The notes under the pieces are model-generated. The model was not told where the DNA came from. It searched no databases and saw only the letters and a program-made list of their open reading frames with translations. Below are positions 28,353-40,134 of a DNA stretch of 64,000 nucleotides, in pieces. A program made the position numbers and the translations under genes. Every line of letters starts with the position of its first letter. Position 1 is the stretch's first letter. This stretch comes from Euglena gracilis (lineage: Eukaryota), in NCBI GenBank assembly GCA_039621445.1, contig CP154954.1, positions 10,373,521 through 10,437,520 of the forward strand, read 5' to 3'.

Positions 28353-29650
28353 ATTGTGGCTGGCACCTTTCAAAAAGCGCCTCAGAATCCTCCAGGGTCG
28401 GGTGACGTAAAGAAAATATATCAGAATAGAATATAAGAGAGCATCATGGAATATAATATCATCAAACCATGGAATCATAACACCATCATATATCATCATC
28501 GCAGAACAGAGCAGAATTGAACAGAATAGAGTAGGATAGGATGGGATGGGATGGGTTCGCCACCTCCCAGCTTGGCCCGCCGCTCCTCTCCCTTTTTGCC
28601 GCCCTCTGGCATCTACATGCAAGGCACCGCTGAGACGGGCCGCGCCACTGCTTGAGCGGTCTCCTCATGAATCAATATGAAACCTGTGTGTAAGAGAGTG
28701 AGTGTGCGTGCATGCGTGCGTGTGTGCGTGCGTGTGTGTGTGGGTGTGGGTGTGGGTGTGGGTGTGGGTGTGGGTGTGGGTGTGGGTGTGGGTGTGGGTG
28801 TGGGTGTGGGTGTGTGTGGGTGTGGGTGTGGGTGTGGGTGTGGGTGGGTGTGTGTGTGTGTGTGTGTGTGTGGGTGTGTGCGCGCGCGTGTGCATATGTG
28901 TGTGTGTTATGGATTATGTGTTAGGATGTGTGTCCATGTGTGCATGCATGCATTCCTGCAGAACATGCAACTGCATGCATGTACGCAGCCCAAATTTTGC
29001 TTCTTGTGCTTCTGGTGGATTATCTGGTCGAGGTGGGCTCCAGCACAGCCCTGATCAGAGAGACGTCTCGTTGTGTTTTGAAAAGGGGGGGGAATGGTCT
29101 GCTGGACCTCAAGCATAGTTTTACCCCAGTTCAGCTCAACTTAGGCCTAAAACCTCCAAATGGGTGTAATTCTGATTTAAATTTTTCCTAGAACCCCCAG
29201 GGGCTGGCAGGGGCTGGTGTGTACCTTTTTTTAGTTCAATGAGGCTGAATACGGTCTCGCCCATAGATTCACTTACACCCATGTGACCACCTTCTGGGGG
29301 AGGTTCGAGGGGGTACCAAATAAAACAGCCACAGTGCAACAGGGGGGAGGGTCGAGAGTGGTGGGTGAGTTGGGACCGCTGGACCCCCCTCCCCGGGGAG
29401 GAGGTTGCGCCGTGGTCAGGTTTTGGCCGGGCCAAAGGCCGGGCCGGGAGAAAATTTTTAAGGGTTTTCGGCCGATTTTGGGATTTTGGGTGTGTGGGTC
29501 GGTGAGCATTTGACCCCCGGGGTTGGTGGGGGGGGGGGGTGGATGGGTGGATTTGGGTCCCGGGAAAAGTGCCCCCCGGGGGGTCACTGAGCGAATCTAT
29601 GGTCCCACCCTCCATCCGAAATGATCCATTTGCTTCGGTTTGTTGTTGCG

Positions 29651-30501
29651 ATGCGAAGCATCTGGCGCGCCCACGGCTCCAGCGACCGCCTTTTGGACAG
29701 GAGCGCGCCCCCCCCCCCCCCACCCCCGTCCTCGCCACTGCCTCTGTGGAGCCCCGCCTCACCGACGCCCTCCCCCTGGCTGGCCGCAGCCGCCGGAGCA
29801 CAGCGGTGGTGCAGCCCCCCCCCCCCCCCCCGGGCTGTGAGCAATGTGCAGCTCTAGGGCATCATATTCAGCCACCCACCCACAACATCGACACACCCGG
29901 AAAGGTGTCACCCCTGTGGATTTGTCGCCTGGGTTTGATAGAAAAAGGGGCTAGAACCCCCACCCCCTCTTTGGCCGAAGGGGGGGTCTGGGCCACCCCC
30001 CCCCCCGCTGCCAAGAGGTTCGGGCCCTAAAGTATATCCCACCCCTCCTGGGGGGACCCCGAAAATGGCCAAAAAATTGTGAAAATGCTAAAAACAGCGC
30101 CCTTTTCAAATGGGGTTTATGCGATCCGGTTTCGTTGGCCGGCCAAAGGGGGGGTTTATAGGTGGGGGGGGGGGGTATAGGTCCCGGAATTGTTGGTGAA
30201 AATCCGACCTCCCAAAACGACCCCGAAACCCCCCAAAATGGACAATTTTCGGCAAACTATCTTCAAAAATGGCATTTTTGAAGATGGTCGGTCTCAAAAA
30301 AAAAATTGCCAAAAAATCAGTTTTTGGGTGGTCTGCGGCTGAGAAAATCGTCCCCGGCGGCTTTCATTTTTCTTCCGCGGGGGGGGGGGTTATAGGTCGA
30401 GGGGGGGGGGTATAGGTGGGGGGGTTTATAGGTGGGGGGTCGCTGAGCTCTTATCCCTTTATGGGTAAGAGCGAAGCTTACCACCGGCGAAACCCCCCCC
30501 C

Positions 30502-30537
<36 letters not shown>

Positions 30538-33500
30538 GGGCCCCCCCCCCGGGTCGGGGCCACCTCGGGAACCGACGGATTATCACCATGATCCCGGCCC
30601 CGTTCCCGGAATTTTTTTTTTCAGTCGCGAGCGACTGGATTCCTAGTTTCCGAATCACCTGGGTTTGACCCCCAACTCCCCGCCAGGCCCGAGTTATTCA
30701 CGCGCGAAGGGGTCCAAACTCGGTAGGATTTACCCGCCCCCCCTGGATGAGCCCCCCCCCCTTTGGACGGCCAAAAAATGTCAATTTTCAAAATATCTCC
30801 AAAATGAAGCCAAATCAAAGGAAATGTCCGGAGACCTAATTTGAAGCCCTTGGAACGCCCCATCTACCGGTATTTTGATTTCCCCGCAACTCCCCGCCTA
30901 GCCCGAGATACGGCCGTTTTCGGCGCAGATGGCCGTTTTGTACACTTTTCCCTCTGTTCGACTTAGCCGTTTTCGGGGGGTGGGGGGTCAAAAAATCGAT
31001 GTTTTCAAAATTTCTCGAAAATGATGCAAAGTCAAAGGAAATGTCCGGAGACCTAAATTGAAGCCCTTGGAACGCTCTAGCTACTGGGATTTTGGTTTCC
31101 CCGCAACTCCCCGCCCAGCCCGAGATACGGGCGTTTTTTGGCCAATTTGGGCCATTTCAGGCCATTTTGTACACTTTTCCCTCTGTTCGACTTAGCCGTT
31201 TTCGGCCAAAAAGTCGAAAAAAATCGAAAATTTTTTTTTTGCCCGAAACGATGTTTTTTGGCCTCCCGGACCCGGAAAAACTGTTTTTGAGCCGAAAACG
31301 AGCGTTTTTCGACCCGCCGGCGCCCCGTTTTGGGCCGCCGACCCATTGACTTTGGGTCAAAACCGGGTCAAAAAAGTCGAAAAAAATCGAAAAAAAATTT
31401 TTTGCCCGAAACGATGTTTTTTTGGCCTCCCGGACCCAGAAAAACTGTTTTCGAGCTGAAAACGAGCGTTTTTCGACCCGCCGGCGCCCCGTTTTGGGCC
31501 GCCGACCCATTGACTTTGGGTCAAAAACGGGTCAAAAAAGTCGAAAAAAATCGAAAAAAATTTTTTTGCCCAAAACCATGTTTTTTGGTTTCTTGGACCT
31601 GGAAAAAGTGTTTTCGAGCCAAAAATGGGCGTTTTTTGACCCCACAGCCCATCATGGCCCTCATGGCCAATGATGGCCATGATGACCAATGATGGGCATC
31701 ATGACCCCGGATGGCCATGATGACCAATGATGGCCATCATGACCAATGATGGCCATCATGACCCATGAGGGCCATAATGACCAATGATGGCCATCGTGAC
31801 CAATGATGGCCATCATGACCAATGATGGCCATCATGACCAATGATGGCCATCATGACCAATGATGGCCATCATGCCCAATGATGGCCATCATGACCAATG
31901 ATGGCCATCATGACGAATGATGGCCATGATGACCAATGATGGCCATCATGACCCCGGATGAGCATCATGACCAATGATGGCCATCATGACCAATGATGGC
32001 CATGATGACCAATGATGGCCATAATGACCAATGATGGCCATCATGCCCAATGATGGCTATCATGACCAATGATGGCCATCATGACCAATGATGGCAATGA
32101 TGACCAATGATGGCCATCATGCCCAATGATGGCTATCATGACCAATGATGGCCATCATGCCCAATGATGGCCATCATGACCAATGATGGCCATGATGACG
32201 AATGCTGGCCATGATGACCAATGATGGCCATCATGACCCCGGATGAGCATCATGACCAATGATGGCCATCATGACCCCGGATGGCCATCTGACCCCGGGC
32301 CAGGCCGCCGGGCCACCGGGCCGCCAGCCAGGCCAGGCCGGGCCGGGCCGCCGGGCCGCCGGCCGGGCCGGGCCGGGCCGCCGGGCCGCCGGCCGGGCCG
32401 GGCCGGGCCGGGCCGCCGGGCCGCCGGCCGGGCCGGGCCGGGCCGCCGGGCCGCCGGCCGGGATGGTCAATGAAGGGGTGGGTGTGCGCTTATCAAGAGC
32501 TCAGCACTATTCAAAACCTGGTTATAAGTGGGGGGGTTAATCGGTGTCGATTCTCATTAGGTCAATGGGTCCATTGGTCTATCTCCAGTGTGGTACCCCC
32601 GCTCCTGGCCTATCCTCCCTTATCTTATGCGGCTCCACCTGACCACACATTATCGTTGCTCCGCACATCCAACGCCTCTCCCCTCAGACCAGTCGGCACA
32701 GTATGCCTGTCTGCGGCGTATTTTTGTTCTCCCAGCGAAAGCTGCCCGAAGAAAGCTGCCTGAAAGAAATGTATCAACATTCCTGAATGAGAAATGAAGT
32801 GGAAATAGTGTTTATCCCACCAGAGACAAATTTTTCAGAAGTTGATTTTGAAGCCAAAGGGAGAAAGGAAAGACAGTTGCCAGTAATGTGCCCGTTAACG
32901 TGGTGCAGAATATTGTTGTTCTTTTTTTGGACTCTGACCTGTCTGTTTGGATTGTTTGGTACTTTTCCCATTTTAAGCCTTTTGAAGTTTGCCTCAAATT
33001 TGCCAAATTTATTCCCTTGCCCGAGCACAGTCACCGCCATTAGCACAGCCATAGCGACACACGCACGCACGTACGCGCACTCACACAACCCGGGTCAGCG
33101 GCTCCTTTCTGGGGTCTTTTTTGTTGAAGGAAAACCCCCTCAATAATTTTGCAGTGCCCTAAAGCCTTGCATATTTATTAAGCTTTCAACAGGGGAAGGC
33201 GGAAAAAGAAGATCCATCCAAATATTTTGTCCCCGCCCCTCTTCACAAGGGAAGATGTGGAAAAATGCTGCATCATTTTGGAAAACCAAGCGGTGGTGAG
33301 CGCAAAAAATGGTCGGAAATGCCAGAATGTTCTTTTGGCTGATGAACAGAAGCGTTAGATTGCCTCATGGTTATTCATAAACCAACATTTGACAGCAAAT
33401 TATTTGTAGGAAAAGTGGCCAATCAATCCGCCACTGGTTTTGGGCACTGCCCAAATATTATTTGGGATTAGGGGTCAAAACGGTCAGTCCACCATCTTTG

Positions 33501-36500
33501 CCGGGGACAAAGATAGTTACTTGGGTTACTTGGGGGAGGGTTACAGTGTTTGTTTGTTTTTGGCAAGGTGGGCGTTGGCCTACCCTTGTGTCAACGGCTC
33601 GCTCGGTACCCCCCCCCCCCTATGTCCAACGACCCCCCTATGTCCAATGACCACCCCCCCGGTCAAGGGACACCTTTTCGGAGGTTTGACCAAATTTTTG
33701 GTCCCGGCGTGAAGCGCCGGGACGAAAAATTTTGCCCAAAAATTGGCCAAAAATTTAACACTTTTTGGACAAAAAATTGTCAAAATTGCCAAAAAATTTC
33801 GACGCAAAGCGCCGGAAGGGAAAATTTGGGCATTTTTGGGTGGGTAGGGACCCGGGTACCCACCAAGTTTCTTTTGACCCCATGTCCAACGAGCACCCCC
33901 CCCCCCCGGTCAGAGGACACCTTTTTGGTCACTACCCTATGTCCAACGACCACCCCCCCCCCGGTCAGAGGACAGAGGTTACCGGTCATTGGACATAGGG
34001 GGGGGTAGAACATTGCCGCGGCCTGGACCGTACCATTGCGCAGGGTGTGTCCGACCCCCCCCCCCGAGGAGGGTCGGCCAGGATTGGCTGAAAGTGTCAG
34101 GCACCAGAATTTTGGGTGGGTTGACAAAGATCCTTTGATATGTTGGCCATTTTCTGGCTGGGTGGCCAAAGTGACTGAGGAAGTGGATGTCTGGCTTGTG
34201 AAACGCGACTCACTGGTTTCTTTGAAAGTGGAAAGTGACCCCCTCCCCCCGGGGGGGTTGGCAAGCAACGGTATGTTCCTGGCCTCTCCGTGACTTTGCA
34301 TCGGACGCTGGGGTGTCTGTCGACTTCCAGGGCAGCAACAGGGGGTCCCACGGATGGGTGTCCCGTCCCCGCTCAGACCGCCATCGCCTGCCCCCCGCCA
34401 TGAACTGGATGGAGCAAGAGGAGTTGACCTTCCAGTCCACCACCGTGTTCTTGAAGGACCGCCTGTACGACTTCCACAGTGGGGCGGTTTGGGCCGAGTG
34501 CTTCGGTTTGCGGGTTTCACCACATTACTGCCCCCTCCCAATCTTCTCTGTGCGGTCACTCTTACCCATGTGAAAGATGAGTGGAACACGCGCGCGTGGA
34601 TTTGATTTTCACCACTTTTTGTGCTTTTGTTTGTTTTTCTCTTGTGATTTTCAATTTCTGCTCGGAAATAAAGTTTTATAACCTTTTATTTTTCCACGGC
34701 ATCTGCTGCGACCAAAATTTCTCAAAAAAATGCTGTTTTCAGTAGCAAATCCAGATTTCTCGCATCAGCTTGCAGAAACAAAGCAACGCTTTTTGATGTT
34801 TTTTGTATTTCTCTAAAAATGGCATCAAATCGAACCCGCTTTCTTTTCCGCGTTTTGCGTCGCATTTTTCGATGGTCCATACCTCGCCCCCCCCCCAATT
34901 CTTCTGGGGTCTCCGTGAGCAAGGGGGCGCCCGCCCGGCACGGACCTCTGCTTCCAGCGGTGCTACCCCACCCCGCTGCTGCAGAGCACCGCGGAGGACG
35001 ACCTGTTGTCCCACGGCCGGGACGGACCGGCTCCCGCAGGGGTGACCCCACACCCGACCCGGTCCACGTGTGCCCGGTCATCTGCAACCTCTTTCTGTTT
35101 GTGTTCTGGGCTGGCTTTGAAGGCGAGGCCAACCCCCCCCCCCCAGGGCAGAACAGGAATCGGCCAAACAACCAGGGTGGAGGGGTCGACCCCCCACCCC
35201 CTGCATGGGGGGGGGGGGGTCGACCACCCCCCCACCTCTTCCCGTCGTTCTGGTGGCACCAGTTTCCGGACCCCAAAAATTTTCCCGGCGCCAGGTGTAT
35301 TTTGGACCCGTTTTGGGACCCATATAGGAGGTCCCCCCAAACACCCCCAAACCCCCATTTTTTTTCGCACCCAAAATTTCAACATTTTCTCGGAATTTTG
35401 AATTTGAGAGGTTTATGAAGCAAAAAAAAATGCCATTGAAAATCAAAAAAAAAATCCAAGAAAAAAAATGTCAGTAAAATTTGATTGTGCCATAAATTTT
35501 GGACCCCTCGTAAAAATTACCAATCAACAAAACCTGAAATTATGAGATTTTTTTTGTCAAAAAATTTTGTTTACCATCAAAAAATCATGTATTTTGGGTT
35601 CATTTTTCAAAAAAAAATTCAAAAAAATTTCCCCGGCAAAAATCCCTGTTTCCCAAAAATTGGTAAAAATTCTGTGGTGGGTGGGGAGGGTCGACCCCCC
35701 CCCTGGGTTTCCCACAAATTCGTGCCACGAATAATCACGAATAATCACGAACCAGCACGAATTTGGGTGTTTTCCAAAATAACGAATAATCACGAATAAT
35801 CACGAATAACCACGAATTTCCACGAACGACCTGGAACAGTTTTTGTTCTCACTGCAGCTGCAGGTTTGGCTGTTAAATTTTAGGGTTGGGTGTTTTTTTT
35901 TCTCAGGCCTATCTGAGAAGTTAAAGGATTTCACAAATACCAACAAAGACCAGATTGTTCTGTGGTCAAAGCTCAGAGTGTTTGGTCCAAGAAACTTTGT
36001 GGAGTCCAATAATGCCATAATTCAGCCAGTGATCACAAATTTTATGGTTCACAGCCAGCAAAAATTCCACATCGAAACAGAGCCTTGGCATGGTTTCGAC
36101 ACATCAGCTGCCGTGGAGAGGTCTTTCAGTCTCGCAGGGCTTATCGACGTCAAGAATCGGCAAACGATGGGGAAAGCCACATTTCGGCCTTTTGTTTCCT
36201 TTTTGGCTTTTGTGTTAGTTCCAACGGCAGAAATATCAAAAACGAAGCTCTTTGACCACCAAGATTGGACAACAACCTTGCACATGAAGCAAAGCTGCAG
36301 ACAAAAAGTGACACCATTGAATGACGTTGTTGCCGAAGCGTGTGGTGTTGCAAAAAGTCACATGTTGAACAGAGAAGCGCTGCTCAACATCGCCATTGCA
36401 GAACATCATGGCAGCGGCTTGACGTAATGTCTTCCACACACTTCGAGTTTGGGGCTTGGAAGTGATATGCAAGTCAGATGAGGAATGTGCATTGGTTTTC

Positions 36501-39500
36501 TGGGCAGGTTTAGTAAATAATCGGGCGATTTTTGGGCAACACGAATAATCACGAATAATCACGAATAATCACGAATAATCACGAATAATCACGAATCAGA
36601 ATTGAGGGTCCCTAGCACGAATTTGTGGGAAACCTTATCCCCCCCCACCAGGCCTTCCCGTTCTGTCCTGGACCCCCCCCCCGGGGGGTCCTGGCCCCCC
36701 CCCCCCCCGGGGGGCACGGGCACGGGCACATGGCCAAAGGTGCCTGGGTATTTGGCAAGGCACTCCGGCAAAGGTGCCGGAAGCCCAGACAAACCCATTT
36801 CGAGGCACTTTATAGCCCACGACCTGGCAGGCACCGATCCCCCCGGGAGACGTGATAGCATGCTGAGGCACTCCAGGACACTCGGAGACCCCCCCCTTTT
36901 TGGGGCGATTCTTGCCGTGATTTTTTCTGGGTCGAATCTAAATGGCTCAATAACTCATTTGGTTTTCCGAACTGCAGGTTTCATTGTGATTGCCCAGTTC
37001 AGGAAACTTCATGGTCTCTTGCACCAGTCCGTCCAACCTAGCATGATTCGAAGTTGTCAGGGGCTGACCTGTCAGGTGACAGTTTCTCAATTGGGGGGGG
37101 GTATATACATGAGCATTTGTCTGTGGGTGTTTGTGTATGTGTCTGTTGTTTAACATGTAAGAGTGTGCGTCCTGTGAATTTATGACTCAGTGCGCCTGTG
37201 CACGCACGTTTGATCGACAGACAATCTTCTTCCGACGCGGCAAAACAAGTGCAGCCCGGCAGACTTTCCCCGTCATGCCCCATCACATCATGTGTCCAAC
37301 GACCCCCGCCCCGGTCGGAGGACAAACATTACTGGTCGTTTGACGCAGGGGGGTAACCCCAAGGGTTAACCCAGAGCCTGATGGAGCCGAGACGGGGGGG
37401 GGGGGCTCCAAAAAGCAGCCCAGGGATGGCCTCCGAGCCCAGCCCCAGAGGGCCCCAAGAGCCCGGGGGGGGGGGGGGGGCTCCACCCACGCGGACAAAA
37501 AAGGCCAGAAGAGCAGTGGCGGAAAACAGCGCCAGGCCAGAACAAGGGATAAAACCACACAAACAGCCACGGTACACACAGTTCCCGTCGGTCCCGCGGG
37601 GGACCCCAAAGAGCGGGCGAAGGCGGAGCGGGCCCGAGAGTGCGCCGCCCACCCTGCACGGAGGGGGGGAGTTCCGTGCCCCGAGGGCGAGTCGGTGGAC
37701 AGCCGGGTGTCCCCGGTGAGGTGGATGCCTCCCCCCCCTCTGGCATTCCCCCCCCCAGGCGCTTGGCCCCCCTCCTCCTTCCATGCAAACTTGGCCCCCC
37801 GAAAGTTGGTCTTCGGCCTTAACCTGCGATCTTGGCTCCCCCCGTTTTTCCGGTTTTGGGCCTGTTTTGTGTATGGCCCATGGCCCGCCAAAAATTTTAA
37901 CATGCAAACCTGCAAATTTGGCGCCCTGAGGTTGGCCCCCCGGCCTTTCATTCAATCATGGCCCGGGGGGCGGGCACCCCCTTTCCCCCAGGAAGCCACC
38001 ACTTTGAGGCACATTCCAGTTGCCATGTTGGAAAGTCCATTGCAAGCCCGGCCTGGGAATCTATTGCCTGGGCGTGTACTCATGGGTTTGTCAGGTCACA
38101 ACTCGAGGAGGGGGGGGGGGTTGTGCAGAAAAATGGCAGAACCACAATGTCAGGCTTTCTGTAAGACGGAGCCCCAGGGAGAGGGGGTTTGCAGCATTGT
38201 CTGCCCCCCCGGTGCACATGGCCAATAATGCCAGGGCATTCGGGACATTCTGTGGCCTGGCCAGAAGCCAGAAATTCGCTCATTTTTCCCCACCAACATC
38301 CAAATTAACCAGGGGAAATGTGTTTGCTGGGCTATTTTTTTTTTTCTTTCTTTCTTCATTTCCTTTTTTTTATTTACATTTTATATTTTTTTCTATTTAT
38401 CTTTCCTTTTTTTATTTAATTGTATTTTTCTCGCACTCCCATACCATTTTAAGAGAACGGCACATCCACGCCTCACACTCGAGGAGGAAAATGCGTTTTA
38501 TTTGTCTGATGTTTTCTTCGGTGACACATATCCTTGTTGGCGGTGTATGTGTGGATTGTTTTTCTGCAGAAACTCTTTCCGGAGTTCGAAATCTCCTTTC
38601 CCCCCCCCCCCGGGCAATTGACGCCCCCGGGCAATTGACGCCCCCGGGCATTGACGCCCCCGGGCAATTGTCACCCCCCTCTGTGCTGGCCCAATTGTCA
38701 CCCCGGGAAATTGTCACCCCCCTCCGTGCTGCCCGATTTGTCGTGCGGCAATTGCCCAGGGGGGGGGAATTGATATCCGCAATTTTTCCGCAATTTCCGC
38801 AATTTTCCGCAATTTTTCGCAATATTTCCGCAATTTTCCGCAATTTTCCGCAATTTTTCCGCAATTTCCGCAATTTTTCCGCATTTTTTTGCATTTTTTT
38901 TCGCAGAATGTTTTTCCCACCACCGAAGATGGAAGATGAGTTCAGGCCATTCTTCAAATGGATCAACAGGTGTGCTATTGTGTTTTGTTTTTTTCCCCTC
39001 CAGTTTACCAATTTTTCTCACAGGTGCACCACTGGTCATAGGATTGGGTGCATCCTTCCTGTGCATAGAACTTCAAGCGTGTTGATTTATGCTCGCCTGC
39101 ATCGACGTGGGTGTTGCGGTGTTCTGAATCTCACAATTGAAAAATTTCTAAGTCCCGTCAAGCAGAAATGTGTATATTCCCGATATCAATTTTTCCACAA
39201 TTTTTCCGCAATTTCCGCAATTTTTCCGCAATTTTTCCGAAGGCCTCCGATATCAATTATCCCCCCCCTGAATTGCCCGGGGGGGGCAGGTAGTACTACA
39301 GTCATTGTCCCTCTCTGCTACGTGAGAATGATTATTTTTTCGATGATGGCCTACCCCCCATGGAAACTGTCCTCTATTCTCTGCACTCGCCAAACTGTCC
39401 AAACTGCACTCGCTGGCCTGTCGCCTGGCATTTTTTAAATGTTCAATTTTCCGCGGTTGTGCGCACAGAGCACACATACCACGCACGTACGCACGCAAGC

Positions 39501-39866
39501 ACGCACACACACGCACACAGACCTTTGCGGGTGGCATCGAGGTCTGTGCGAAGCAGTTCGGAAAGACGTACACCAAAGCGAAGAGCAAGTTCGAGCCCGG
39601 GCCGCCGTCTCGCATTCCATTGCCGCAGCTGGGACTCCAACAGAGGGGATGTATTTTGGCGTTTGCTGATAAGAAGGTACCATGCTTCGCCATTGGTCGC
39701 CACCAATTATTGTGGTACCCATACTCAAACAAATCAGACATGTCATATCCCATCAGGGTCAGGCACCTTTTGTCCCAAAAAAAATCAAATATAATAATAA
39801 TGTAATAATAATGATGATGATGATGATGATGATGATGATAAAAATAATAACAATAATAATAATAAC

Positions 39867-39961
<95 letters not shown>

Positions 39962-40134
39962 ACCAAAAATAAGAACACGGGCAATAGGATGAGGGAATGC
40001 AAAACTGCAAAGGTCCCAAAATCCATTGCCGAGGCCGTTGTGGAGTGCCCCCGAACACCCCCGGCCCGGGGCACCGGCACCGTGGCCCGCGGCCGGCCTA
40101 CGTCCACGCCCACCCCGACCTGAAGAAGGAGCTG
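29651..40134 (+). CDS. Hypothetical multi-exon protein (family not recognised)
   Basis: GC3-rich exons 29651-29694, 34396-~34475, ~34956-35014, 37602-~37639, ~40095-40134 join in frame through nonconventional-type junctions. Product: MRSIWRAHGSSDRLFAMNWMEQEELTFQSTTVFLKDRLYDFQRCYPTPLLQSTAEDDLLSHDPKERAKAERAREAYVHAHPDLKKEL. Possible further exons upstream (~28590-28623, ~29018-29052) and downstream (40600 onward). Confidence 0.65.
31208..31640. repeat. ~165-bp tandem repeat (~2.6 copies)
   Basis: Unit AAAAGTCGAAAAAAATCG...CCATTGACTTTGGGTC recurs at ~31208, 31373 and 31536. Confidence 0.9.
31650..32290. repeat. 19-bp minisatellite GACCAATGATGGCCATCAT (~30 copies)
   Basis: Seen directly; each unit contains the 14-bp palindrome ATGATGGCCATCAT. 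Confidence 0.96.
32293..32462. repeat. Nearly pure G/C (GGCCG/GCCG) repeat tract
   Basis: Seen directly. Confidence 0.92.
33607..34007. mobile_element. TA-flanked MITE with CTATGTCCAA subterminal repeats
   Basis: Ends TACCCCCCCCCCCCTATGTCCAA / TTGGACATAGGGGGGGGTA; ATGTCCAACGA repeated internally. Confidence 0.85.
35703..36637 (+). mobile_element. Non-autonomous hAT element copy 1 with transposase C-terminal remnant
   Basis: TIR GGTTTCCCACAAATTCGTGC / GCACGAATTTGTGGGAAACC; ACGAATAATC subterminal arrays at both ends; encodes TSAAVERSFSLAGLID, the hAT C-terminal dimerisation motif. Confidence 0.88.
38598..39292. mobile_element. MITE-like element with GGGCAATTG and CCGCAATTT repeat arrays
   Basis: Ends CCCCCCCCGGGCAATT / AATTGCCCGGGGGGG; tandem CCGCAATTTTT units at 38778-38890 and 39190-39240. 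Confidence 0.65.
39790..39960. repeat. (AAT)n/(GAT)n microsatellite
   Basis: Seen directly. Confidence 0.95.

Larger units (their letters stand above)
30442..32511. mobile_element. Helentron/DINE-like non-autonomous element with central tandem repeats, inserted in a MITE
   Basis: 11-bp subterminal IR GCTGAGCTCTT (30442) / AAGAGCTCAGC (32495) followed by ACTATT; left-end hairpin GCTCTTATCC..GGGTAAGAGC; no TSD seen; the host TTATAA MITE resumes at ~32520. Confidence 0.55.

Noticed and set aside
31650-32290. CRISPR-like palindromic repeat array
   Set aside because: No unique spacers, no cas genes, eukaryotic context.
35843-36427. 194-aa ORF as an intact transposase
   Set aside because: Only the C-terminal motif is present, there is no DDE core, and it reads through intron-like and inverted sequence.
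38020-39438. 472-aa ORF, the longest in the window
   Set aside because: Runs through T-rich sequence and MITE repeat arrays; no domain and no GC3 bias.
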